NCBI RefSeq assembly: GCF_964204645.1
Contig: NC_134031.1
Span: 10,477,988-10,541,987 of the forward strand
Direction: 5' to 3'
DNA: 64,000 nucleotides
DNA from: Tubulanus polymorphus
Taxonomy: Eukaryota > Animalia > Nemertea
The position numbers and the translations under genes were made by a program. Positions 11,981 through 24,569 of the stretch are shown here, in pieces. Under the pieces are notes generated by a model that did not search any database, was not told where the DNA came from, and saw only the letters and a list, made by a program, of their open reading frames with translations. Numbering within the stretch: position 1 is the stretch's first letter; each line of letters starts with the position of its first letter.

Positions 11981-13942
11981 TTGATTTTTAGCTGAATTCA
12001 TTGTGGGATTTGTCTCATTATTCACCATACACGGATATTGTGTATTTTCTTCACATTTTCATGTTGGTTTTGAACAACTTAAATTTTGCGATTCTAATAC
12101 CTTATTAACTTTAGATGACAGTAATACCTTCAATTTACATTTAACATATGATCACTGCTGAAAGTGTAATAAGGAATATATATTTACTCCAGTGACAATA
12201 TTTTGATTCAAAGATTTAATTCAATCATCTAGTCTGAGTCTTTATGGTAAAACTTCTGGCTAACCAAGAGCTAACCGAATTCCGACAATAGAAGGTGGTC
12301 GCTTGAAAATTAGTTAATTTACGCAACAGGAATCTATCTTGATTTCAAGGGCACTTCAATTAATCGTTTCAATAGTGACCACTGTAAATAAGCCAGTAGT
12401 TTAAATGACCGAATTCAATCAACCGATTCGTATCCTAAGAATGAGAATTGTATCTAACCACAGTAGTTATTCCTCATCAAACGTTCGGTCATCATATTAT
12501 ACATCTATACATCATTACTATCATCTTCAGTTAATAGAAGTGCAATAAAATCTAGAATCTATGAGTTGAGATTTTTTAAACATAATAAATTGTGTTGATT
12601 TTATGTTAGTTAAATCAAATATTGGGAATATTTTACCGGGGGATTTTCACTTTGGGGATAATAACCTAAATTATTTTATATCATCGGTTTTCATTAAGAA
12701 AAAAAAACAACTATTAATCTTAACTACACTTATTTTATTCCTTTTGGAACATTAAGATTCTTTCATTGAATTTAATATGTTATTTCGTACAATAGTTCAT
12801 CACAGTGCGTCATTCACGCTTAAATGTACAAAACTTCTTTACAGAGTTCAAAATATAAACCAACAATCTCATCTCAAGCATGTACTAGCGCTGACGCTAT
12901 GGGATAAAACCAAGTCTCGATTCATTGCCTAAAATGTGGGTACATTCATTCAAATCAGGACTAAAATACGCTTATATGAATATCTTGCATGATATCATTT
13001 TACATTACGGGTGTCTCATAGGCCTGGTTTTACTTGTACATTGTCATCAATTAATTAAACATCCCAAGTAACTTCGTTATTTACTTATGGCTTAATCACT
13101 GGTATTCAATAGCTAGTCGGCTATAGAAAGACTAACCCGATAAAATTCCATTAACCGTTCGTCCACAGTCGAACACTCGCGGGTTAATTCGCAACGACTT
13201 TAAAGAAAGAAAATGATTGCATGAAATCTAGTTTTCGTATCAATCGGCGTCCAATCTCTTAAACCATCCTAAACACAGTAGTTTAGTAGTTTGTGTCTAT
13301 TTGCTTTTGCTGATGTCATTTAACATAACAATGGAAATGTATTCGTTTATTTGGAAATTATATGAAGATATGGAGTAATCATGTGACAAATCAAATTATT
13401 ACTGCAAGGCAAAACATAGCGCACTTCAGATATATGATATGGCCTTAAAGACTTTTCATATATTAACAGTCCAGTTTAACGTCTATTGATATGAATAGTT
13501 CAGTTTTGATATGACTGTCGCAACAGTTGGAATAAAACGTATGAAATCTAGGAGCATTTATCTCATGAAATTTAGATTTGAGATAATTGTATTGTATTGT
13601 ATGAGGATTAAACATTTCAATGGCTGGTGATTATTTGTGATGAAATAATCAGTGAGATGGACTGTTGATGTAGCCCTGATTGAGGCACTCGGGTCAAATA
13701 ATATTTTTAGATACAACAGTGCATTTGTTAAAGCAGAACACATGATTTTAAACTAAATATAAGTAGCTAAACCGTTAATTTTCATTCCTAACTTTTTCAT
13801 CACTCCCGATTATCAAAAATAATTCAACAGTTTGATTAACGGATAGTTGCAGTTAACAACATTTCTATCTGATAGAGAAGGTATACAGGTATACAGAGGA
13901 ACAAGAAAAGAACATCCAACTAGACACTGAAAAATCTTTATT

Positions 13943-14037
13943 CGGGTTTTTTACCAGGGGCCTTTACCTTGGGGTATATTTCACTAGGGGATTTTTACTG
14001 AAAGGGACATTTACGGGGCGAGTTTTTACCCGATCAC
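13943..14037 (+). repeat. Degenerate ~14-bp G-rich repeats (ggggatttttacc-like) x ~6
   Basis: G-runs at 13944, 13957, 13971, 13987, 14004 and 14015, each followed by a T-rich stretch ending ac(c). Related patches at 12623-12668 (+), 10440-10468 (-) and 11585-11621 (-). Confidence 0.7.
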
Positions 14038-14504
14038 ATCGATTATTGAATGACATGTTCGATAAAATCATGACAAAAACTGGTATCACTGGTACAATTT
14101 GCTAATTTTTGCTATTCGGGTGGTTCTGTAGATTATTGACTATACCGTTGGTAACTGAATAGCTATTTGTATCACTGATCGGACTGTGATGTGAAAATAT
14201 AGCTTTGACAAAACCACAACGAGAAATGAATCAAATGCAATATTTGACTCGAAAACGAGCTTAACCATGGATTCAGTAACGTTTTTTTACAGTCCATGGC
14301 TGAAATGACGCTATTGAAAAAATCAATGAGAAATACTGCCTCCGATTTTTATAACGAAAATATAGGAATGAATTCCGAACAGAATCAAATCAGGTTGTTC
14401 TTATTGGTATTGTGTATACATTTCATTTATTAGATATTTCAAGTAATTCGTGTAATTAGGAAAAACTCGATCCAATAATGGGTTTTTCTTTCAGTTTTAA
14501 GTAA

Positions 14505-14987
14505 TTTACAACTTACCAAATATGGACTTCATGGTTTGACATTAAAACCAGTGAGCATTATGGTATCAAGTTCAACCAAAATTGATTACGATCGGCCTTT
14601 CGTAGAATCTCCCTGAAGGTCACAATTTTAGTAAATTGACCTTGGGAGGTTTAAACCTCCCGAATCCAATTAGCAAAATATCGGTCCTCTATGTCGGCGA
14701 CAATAAAAGTACCCTGCGCGTAACTTTCTATTGTGCGCCTGCCGCGTTTTGGGCACGAGTAGCTTACGTAATCTTAATTGAAAGTTGAGATCACAGGCAG
14801 ATATTGAGGTCTATGGCCCACACAAAACATCATAAATTGGTCAGGAAATAAAGTGTTTTGTGGTATAGATGACACGTTTGTACGATTTTACACTGTAAAT
14901 TTATCATTTTTCAGGACTTTCAGGACCTAAAATCAGCAATATTTTTGATACAAACTGAGAAAGTATCAAAACATTTGAGAACGCGTT
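14505..14987 (-). repeat. Right TIR of copy 1
   Basis: Ends ...aagtatcaaaacatttgagaacgcgtt, the reverse complement of the left end with 2 mismatches in the first 50 bp. Confidence 0.92.
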
Positions 14988-17900
14988 ATTGTCGTTTTTC
15001 CCATAGGGGGAATATTTGATACGAAAACGTCTTTTCTCGCGCTTAACGACGTTTTCGGGTCGAAAAGTGGTTTTCCTGACGATTTGAGCGCTTTTACGCA
15101 TCGACATTGTCGTTTTTTTTCCCATAGGGGGAATATTTGATACGAAAACGTCTTTTCTCGCGCTAAACGACGTTTTCGGGTCGAAAAGTGCTTTTCCTGA
15201 CGATTTGAGCGCTTTTACGCATCGACATTGTCGTTTTTCCCATAGGGGGAATATTTGATACGAAAACGTCTTTTCTCGCGCTGAACGACGTTTTCGGGTC
15301 GAAAAGTGGTTTGCCTGACGATTTGAGCGCTTTTACGCATCGCCATTGTCGTTTTTCCCATAGGGGGAATATTTAATACGAAAACGTCTTTTCTCGCGCT
15401 GAACGACGTTTTCGGGTCGAAAAGTGCTTTTCCTGACGATTTGAGCGCTTTTACGCATCGACATTGTCGTTTTTCCCATAGGGGGAATATTTGATACGAA
15501 ATCGTCTTTTCTCGCGCCGAACGACGTTTTCGCGTCGAAAAGTGGTCTTCCTGACGATTTGAGCGCTTTTACGCATCGACATTGTCGTTTTTTCCCATAG
15601 GGGGAATATTTGATACGAAAACGTCTTTTCTCGCGCTGAACGACGTTTTCGCGTCGAAAAGTGCTTTTCCTGACGATTTGAGCGCTTTTACGCATCGACA
15701 TTGTCGTTTTTCCCATAGGGGGAATATTTGATACGAAAACGTCTTTTCTCGCGCTGAACGACGTTTTCGGGTCGAAAAGTGCTTTTCCTGACGATTTGAG
15801 CCCTTTTACGCATCGACATTGTCGTTTTTCCCATAGGGGGAATATTTCATACGAAAACGTCTTTTCTCGCGCTGAACGACGTTTTCGGGTCGAAAAGTGG
15901 TTTTCCTGACGATTTGAGCGCTTTTACGCATCGACATTGTCGTTTTTCCCATAGGGGGAATATTTGATACGAAAACGTCTTTTGTCGCGCTGAACGACGT
16001 TTTCCCGTCGAAAAGTGCTTGTCCTGACGATTTGAGCGCTTTTACGCATCGACATTGTCGTTTTTCCCATAGGGGGAATATTTGATACGAAAACGTCTTT
16101 TCTCGCGCTGAACGACGTTTTCGCGTCGAAAAGTGCTTTCCCTGACGATTTGAGCGCTTTTACGCATCGACATTGCCGTTTTTCCGATAGGGGGAATATT
16201 TGAAACGAAAACGTCTTTTCTCGCGCTGAACGACGTTTTCGGGTCGAAAAGTGCTTTTCCTGACGATTTGAGCGCTTTTACGCATCGACATTGTCGTTTT
16301 TCCCATAGGGGGAATATTTGATACGAAAACGTCTTTTCTCGCGCTGAACGACGTTTTCGCGTCGAAAAGTGCTTTTCCTGACGATTTGAGCGCTTTTACG
16401 CATCGACATTGTCGTTTTTCCCATAGGGGGAATATTTGAAGCGAAAACGTCTTTTCTCGCGCTGAACGACGTTTTCGGGTCGAAAAGTGCTTTTCTTGAC
16501 GATTCGAGCGCTTTTACGCATCGACATTGTCGTTTTTCCCATAGGGGGAATATTTGATACGAAAACGTCTTTTCTCGCGCTGAACGACGTTTTCGGGTCG
16601 AAAAGTGGTTTACCTGACGATTTGAGCGCTTTTACGCATCGCCATTGTCGTTTTTCCCATAGGGGGAATATTTGATACGAAAACGTCTTTTCTCGCGCTA
16701 AACGACGTTTTCGGGTCGAAAAGTGCTTTTCCTGACGATTTGAGCGCTTTTACGCATCGACATTGTCCTTTTTCCCATAGGGGGAATATTTGATACGAAA
16801 ACGTCTTTTCTCGCGCTGAACGACGTTTTCGGGTCGAAAAGTGGTTTTCCTGACGATTTGAGCGCTTTTACGCATCGCCATTGTCGTTTTTCCCATAGGG
16901 GGAATATTTGATACGAAAACGTCTTTTCTCGCGCTGAACGACGTTTTCGGGTCGAAAAGTGCTTTTCCTGACGATTTGAGCGCTTTTACGCATCGACTTT
17001 GTCGTTTTTCCCATAGGGGGAATATTTGATACGAAATCGTCTTTTCTCGCGCCGAACGATGTTTTCGCGTCGAAAAGTGGTCTTCCTGACGATTTGAGCG
17101 CTTTTACGCATCGACATTGTCGTTTTTTCCCATAGGGGGAATGTTTGATACGAAAACGTCTTTTCTCGCGCTGAACGACGTTTTCGCGTCGAAAAGTGGT
17201 TTTCCTGACGATTTGAGCGCTTTTACGCATCGACATTGTCGTTTTTCCCATAGGGGGAATATTTGATACGGAAACGTCTTTTCTCGCGCTGAACGACGTT
17301 TTCGGGTCGAAAAGTGCTTTTCCTGACGATTTGAGCCCTTTTACGCATCGACATTGTCGTTTTTCCCATAGGGGGAATATTTGATACGAAAACGTCTTTT
17401 CTCGCACTGAACGACGTTTTCGCGTCGAAAAGTGCTTTTCCTGACGATTTGAGCGCTTTTACGCATCGACATTGTCGTTTTTCCCATAGGGGGAATATTT
17501 GAAGCGAAAACGTCTTTTCTCGCGCTGAACGACGTTTTCGGGTCGAAAAGTGCTTTTCTTGACGATTTGAGCGCTTTTACGCATCGACATTGTCGTTTTT
17601 CCCATAGGGGGAATATTTGATACGAAAACGACTTTTCTCGCGCTGAACGACGTTTTCGGGTCGAAAAGTGGTTTTCCTGACGATTTGAGCGCTTTTACGC
17701 ATCGACATTGTCGTTTTTCCCATAGGGGGAATATTTGATACGAAAGCGTCCTTTCTCGCGCTGAACGATGTTTTCGGGTCGAAAAGTGCTTTTCCTGACG
17801 ATTTGAGCGCTTTTACGCATCGACATTGTCGTTTTTCCCATAGGGGGAATATTTGATACGAAAACGTCTTTTCTCGCGCTGAACGACGTTTTCGGGTCGA

Positions 17901-20900
17901 AAAGTGGTTTTTTTCCCGACGATTTGAGCGCTTTTACGCATCGACATTGTCGTTTTTCCCATAGGGGGAATATTTGATACGAAAACGTCTTTTCTCGCGC
18001 TGAACGACGTTTTCGCGTCGAAAAGTGCTTTTCCTGACGATTTGAGCGCTTTTACGCATCGACATTGTCGTTTTTCCGATAGGCGGAATATTTGAAACGA
18101 AAACGTCTTTTCTCGCGCTGAACGACGTTTTCGGGTCGAAAAGTGCTTTTCCTGACGATTTGAGCGCTTTTACGCATCGACATTGTCATTTTTCCGACGG
18201 GGGGGGGGGGAAATTTGATAAGAAAACGTCTTTTCTCGCGGTGAACGACGTTTTCGGGTCGATAAGTGCTTTTCCTGACGATTTGAGCGCTTCAACTCAT
18301 CGACATTGTCGTTTTTCCCATAGGGGGAATATTTGATACGAAAACGTCTTTTCTCGCGCTGAACGACGTTTTTGGGTCGAAAAGTGCTTTTCCTGACGAT
18401 TTGAGCGCATTTTCGCATCGACATTGTCGTTTTTCCCATAGGGGGAATATTTGATACGAAAACGTTTTTTTCTCGCGCTGAACGACGTTTTCGGGTCGAA
18501 AAGTGGTTTTCCTGACGATTTGAGCGCTTTTACGCATCGACATTGTCGTTTTTCCCATAGGGGGAATATTTGATACGAAAACGTCTTTTCTCGCGCTGAA
18601 CGACTTTTTCGGGTCGAAAAGTGGTTTTCCTGACGATTTGAGTGCTTTTACGCATCGACATTGTCGTTTTTCCCATAGGGGGAATATTTGTACGAAAACG
18701 TCTTTTCTCGCGCTGAACGACGTTTTTGGGTCGAAAAGTGCTTTTCCTGACGATTTGAGCGCTTTTACGCATCGACATTGTCGTTTTTCCCATAGGGGGA
18801 ATATTTGATACGAAAACGTCTTTTCTCGCGCTGAACGACGTTTTCGGGTCGAAAAGTGGTCTTCCTGACGATTTGAGCGCTTTTACGCATCGACATTGTC
18901 GTTTTTCCCATAGGTGGAATATTTGATACGAAAACGTCTTTTCTCGCGCTGAACGACGTTTTCGGGTCGAAAAGTGGTTTTCCTGACGATTTGAGCGCTT
19001 CAACTCATCGACATTGTCGTTTTTCCATAGGGGGAATATTTGATACGAAAACGTCTTTTCTCGCGCTGAACGACGTTTTTGGGTCGAAAAGTGCTTTTCC
19101 TGACGATTTGAGCGCTTTTTCGCATCGACATTGTCGTTTTTCCCATAGGGGGAATATTTGATACGAAAACGTTTTTTTCTCGCGCTGAACGACGTTTTCG
19201 GGTCGAAAAGTGGTTTTCCTGACGATTTGAGCGCTTTTACGCATCGACATTGTCGTTTTTCCCATAGGGGGAATATTTGATACGAAAACGTCTTTTCTCG
19301 CGCTGAACGACGTTTTCGGGTCGAAAAGTGGTTTTCCTGACGATTTGAGTGCTTTTACGCATCGACATTGTCGTTTTTCCCATAGGGGGAATATTTGTAC
19401 GAAAACGTCTTTTCTCGCGCTGAACGACGTTTTTGGGTCGAAAAGTGCTTTTCCTGACGATTTGAGCGCTTTTACGCATCGACATTGTCGTTTTTCCCAT
19501 AGGGGGAATATTTGATACGAAAACGTCTTTTCTCGCGCTGAACGACGTTTTCGGGTCGAAAAGTGGTCTTCCTGACGATTTGAGCGCTTTTACGCATCGA
19601 CATTGTCGTTTTTCCCATAGGGGGAATATTTGATACGAAAACGTCTTTTCTCGCGCTGAACGACGTTTTCGCGTCGAAAAGTGGTTTTCCTGACGATTTG
19701 AGCGCTTTTACGCATCGACATTGTCGTTTTTCCCATAGGGGGAATATTTCATACGAAAACGTCTTTTCTCGCGCTGAACGACGTTTTCGGGTCGAAAAGT
19801 GGTCTTCCTGACGATTTGAGCGCTTTTACGCATCGACATTGTCGTTTTTCCCATAGGGGGAATATTTGATACGAAAACGTCTATTCTCGCGCTGAACGAC
19901 GTTTTCGGGTCGAAAAGTGCTTTTCCTGACGATTTGAGCCCTTTTACGCATCGACATTGTCGTTTTTCCCATAGGGGGAATATTTCATACGAAAACGTCT
20001 TTTCTCGAGCTGAACGACGTTTTCGGGTCGAAAAGTGGTTTTCCTGACGATTTGAGCGCTTTTACGCATCGCCATTGTCGTTTTTCCCATAGGGGGAATA
20101 TTTGATACGAAAACGTCTATTCTCGCGCTGAACGACGTTTTCGGGTCGAAAAGTGCTTTTCCTGACGATTTGAGCCCTTTTACGCATCGACATTGTCGTT
20201 TTTCCCATAGGGGGAATATTTGATACGAAAACGTCTTTTCTCGCGCTGAACGACGTTTTCGCGTCGAAAAGTACTTTTCCTGACGATTTGAGGGCTTTTA
20301 CGCATCGACATTGTCGTTTTTCCCATAGGGGGAATATTTGATACGAAAACGTCTTTTCTCGCGCTGAACGACGTTTTCGCGTCGAAAAGTGCTTTTCCTG
20401 ACGATTTGAGCGCTTCAACTCATCGACATTGTCGTTTTTCCCATAGGGGGAATATTTGATACGAAAACGTCTTTTCTCGCGCTGAACGACGTTTTCGGGT
20501 CGAAAAGTGGTTTTCCTGACGATTTGAGCGCTTTTACGCATCGACATTGTCGTTTTTCCCATAGGGGGAATATTTGATACGAAAACGTCTTTTCTCGCGC
20601 TGAACGACGTTTTTGGGTCGAAAAGTGCTTTTCCTGACGATTTGAGCGCTTTTTCGCATCGACATTGTCGTTTTTCCCATAGGGGGAATATTTGATACAA
20701 AAACGTTTTTTTCTCGCGCTGAACGACGTTTTCGGGTCGAAAAGTGGTTTTCCTGACGATTTGAGCGCTTTTACGCATCGACATTGTCGTTTTTCCCATA
20801 GGGGGAATATTTGATACGAAAACGTCTTTTCTCGCGCTGAACGACGTTTTCGGGTCGAAAAGTGCTTTTCCTGACGATTTGAGCGCTTTTTCGCATCGAC

Positions 20901-23900
20901 ATTGTCGTTTTTCCCATAGGGGGAATATTTGATACGAAAACGGGTTTTCTCGCGCTGAACGACGTTTTCGCGTCGAAAAGTGCTTTTCCTGACGATTTGA
21001 GCGCTTTTACGCATCGAAATTGTCGTTTTTCCCATAGGGGGAATATTTGATACGAAAACGTCTTTTCTCGCGCTGAACGACGTTTTCGGGTCGGAAAGTG
21101 CTTTTTTTGACGATTTGAGCGCTTTTTCGCATCGACATTGTCGTTTTTCCCATAGGGGGAATATTTGATACGAAAACGGGTTTTCTCGCGCTGAACGACG
21201 TTTTCGCGTCGAAAAGTGCTTTTCCTGACGATTTGAGCGCTTTTACGCATCGAAATTGTCGTTTTTCCCATAGGGGGAATATTTGATACGAAAACGTCTT
21301 TTCTCGCGCTGAACGACGTTTTCGCGTCGAAAAGTGCTTTTCCTGACGATTTGAGCGCTTTTACGCATCGACATTGTCGTTTTTCCCATAGGGGGAATAT
21401 TTGATACGAAAACGTCTTTTCTCGCGCTGAACGACGTTTTCGCGTCGAAAAGTGCTTTTCCTGACGATTTGAGCGCTTTTACGCATCGACATTGTCGTTT
21501 TTCCCATAGGGGGAATATTTGATACGAAAACGTCTTTTCTCGCGCTGAACGACGTTTTCGGGTCGAAAAGTGCTTTTCCTGACGATTTGAGCGCTTTTAC
21601 GCATCGACATTGTCGTTTTTCCCATAGGGGGAATATTTGATACGAAAACGTCTTTTCTCGCGCTGAACGACGTTTTCGCATCGAAAAGTGCTTTTCCTGA
21701 CGATTTGAGCGCTTTTACGCATCGACATTGTCGTTTTTCCCATACGGGGAATATTTGATACGAAAACGGGTTTTCTCGCGCTGAACGACGTTTTCGCGTC
21801 GAAAAGTGCTTTTCCTGACGATTTGAGCGCTTTTACGCATCGAAATTGTCGTTTTTCCCATAGGGGGAATATTTGATACGAAAACGTCTTTTCTCGCGCT
21901 GAACGACGTTTTCGCGTCGAAAAGTGCTTTTCCTGACGATTTGAGCGCTTTTACGCATCGACATTGTCGTTTTTTTTTCCCATAGGGGGAATATTTGATA
22001 CGAAAACGTCTTTTCTCGCGCTGAACGACGTTTTCGCGTCGAAAATTGCTTTTCCTGACGATTTGAGCGCTTTTACGCATCGACATTGACGTTTTTCCCA
22101 TAGGGGGAATATTTGATACGAAAACGTCTTTTCTCGCGCTGAACGACGTTTTCGCGTCGAAAATTGCTTTTCCTGACGATTTGAGCGCTTTTACGCATCG
22201 ACATTGTCGTTTTTCCCATAGGGGGAATATTTGATACGAAAACGTCTTTTCTCGCGCTTAACGACGTTTTCGGGTCGAAAAGTGGTTTTCCTGACGATTT
22301 GAGCGCTTTTACACATCGACATTGTCGTTTTTCCCATAGGGGGAATATTTGATACGAAAACGTCTTTTCTCGCGCTGAACGACGTTTTCGGGTCGAAAAG
22401 TGCTTTTCCTGACGATTTGAGCGCTTTTACGCATCGACATTGTCGTTTTTCCCATAGGGGGAATATTTGATACGAAAACGACTTTTCTCGCGCTGAACGA
22501 CGTTTTCGGGTCGAAAAGTGGTTTTCCTGACGATTTGAGCGCTTTTACGCATCGCCATTGTCGTTTTTCCCATAGGGGGAATATTTGATACGAAAACGTC
22601 TTTTCTCGCGCTGAACGACGTTTTCGCGTCGAAAAGTACTTTTCCTGACGATTTGTGGGCTTTTACGCATCGACATTGTCGTTTTTCCCATAGGGGGAAT
22701 ATTTGATACGAAAACGTCTTTTCTCGCGCTGAACGACGTTTTCGCGTCGAAAAGTGCTTTTCCTGACGATTTGAGCGCTTCAACTCATCGACATTGTCGT
22801 TTTTCCCATAGGGGGAATATTTGATACGAAAACGTCTTTTCTCGCGCTGAACGACGTTTTCGCGTCGAAAAGTGCTTTTCCTGACGATTTGAGCGCTTTT
22901 ACGCATCGACATTGTCGTTTTTCCCATAGGGGGAATATTTGATACGAAAACGTCTTTTCTCGCGCTGAACGACGTTTTCGGGTCGAAAAGTGGTCTTCCT
23001 GACGATTTGAGCGCTTTTACGCATCGACATTGTCGTTTTTCCCATAGGGGGAATATTTGATACGAAAACGTCTTTTCTCGCGCTGAACGACGTTTTCGCG
23101 TCGAAAAGTGGTTTTCCTGACGATTTGAGCGCTTTTACGCATCGACATTGTCGTTTTTCCCATAGGGGGAATATTTGAAACGAAAACGTCTATTCTCGCG
23201 CTGAACGACGTTTTCGGGTCGAAAAGTGCTTTTCCTGACGATTTGAGCCCTTTTACGCATCGACATTGTCGTTTTTCCCATAGGGGGAATATTTGATACG
23301 AAAACGTCTTTTCTCGCGCTGAACGACGTTTTCGGGTCGAAAAGTGGTTTTCCTGACGATTTGAGCGCTTTTACGCATCGCCATTGTCGTTTTTCCCATA
23401 GGGGGAATATTTGATACGAAAACGTCTTTTCTCGCGCTGAACGACGTTTTCGCGTCGAAAAGTGCTTTTCCTGACGATTTGAGCGCTTTTACGCATCGAC
23501 ATTGTCGTTTTTCCCATAGGGGGAATATTTGATACGAAAACGTCTTTTCTCGCGCTGAACGACGTTTTCGGGTCGAAAAGTGGTCTTCCTGACGATTTGA
23601 GCGCTTTTACGCATCGACATTGTCGTTTTTCCCATAGGGGGAATATTTGATACGAAAACGTCTTTTCTCGCGCTGAACGACGTTTTCGCGTCGAAAAGTG
23701 GTTTTCCTGACGATTTGAGCGCTTTTACGCATCGACATTGTCGTTTTTCCCATAGGGGGAATATTTGAAACGAAAACGTCTATTCTCGCGCTGAACGACG
23801 TTTTCGGGTCGAAAAGTGCTTTTCCTGACGATTTGAGCCCTTTTACGCATCGACATTGTCGTTTTTCCCATAGGGGGAATATTTCATACGAAAACGTCTT

Positions 23901-24569
23901 TTCTCGCGCTGAACGACGTTTTCGGGTCGAAAAGTGGTTTTCCTGACGATTTGAGCGCTTTTACGCATCGCCATTGTCGTTTTTCCCATAGGGGGAATAT
24001 TTGATACGAAAACGTCTTTTCTCGCGCTGAACGACGTTTTCGCGTCGAAAAGTACTTTTCCTGACGATTTGAGGGCTTTTACGCATCGACATTGTCGTTT
24101 TTCCCATAGGGGGAATATTTGATACGAAAACGTCTTTTCTCGCGCTGAACGACGTTTTCGGGTCGAAAAGTGGTTTTCCTGACGATTTGAGCGCTTCAAC
24201 TCATCGACATTGTCGTTTTTCCCATAGGGGGAATATTTGATACGAAAACGTCTTTTCTCGCGCTGAACGACGTTTTCGGGTCGAAAAGTGGTTTTCCTGA
24301 CGATTTGAGCGCTTTTACGCATCGACATTGTCGTTTTTCCCATAGGGGGAATATTTGATACGAAAACGTCTTTTCTCGCGCTGAACGACGTTTTCGCGTC
24401 GAAAAGTGCTTTTCCTGACGATTTGAGCGCTTTTACGCATCGACATTGTCGTTTTTTTTCCCATAGGGGGAATATTTGATACGAAAACGTCTTTTCTCGC
24501 GCTGAACGACGTTTTCGCGTCGAAAATTGCTTTTCCTGACGATTTGAGCGCTTTTACGCATCGACATTG
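14988..24569. repeat. 118-bp satellite array, segment 2 (~81 monomers)
   Basis: Same monomer and orientation. Resumes in register after the TSD. Confidence 0.99.

Larger units (their letters stand above)
8590..14987. mobile_element. 6398-bp non-autonomous long-TIR DNA transposon, copy 1, superfamily unassigned
   Basis: ~480-bp imperfect terminal inverted repeats and a 4-bp TSD. Clean insertion into one satellite monomer. AT-rich interior with no ORF longer than 88 aa and no recognisable transposase. Confidence 0.92.

Noticed and set aside
12475-12535. Second hammerhead-like motif on the minus strand (CTGAAGATG...ACCGAACGTT)
   Set aside because: GAAA is incomplete, and stems I and II pair poorly.
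8741-13743. Short ORFs (60-88 aa) inside the element as transposase or cargo genes
   Set aside because: Short, several with non-ATG starts, AT-driven composition and no recognisable motif. Decayed or spliced remnants cannot be excluded without a translated search.
8590-14987. Endogenous densovirus, Polinton or LTR retrotransposon
   Set aside because: Size and long inverted ends resemble densoviruses, but there are no NS/VP ORFs. Polintons have 6-bp TSDs and genes. LTR elements need direct, not inverted, repeats.
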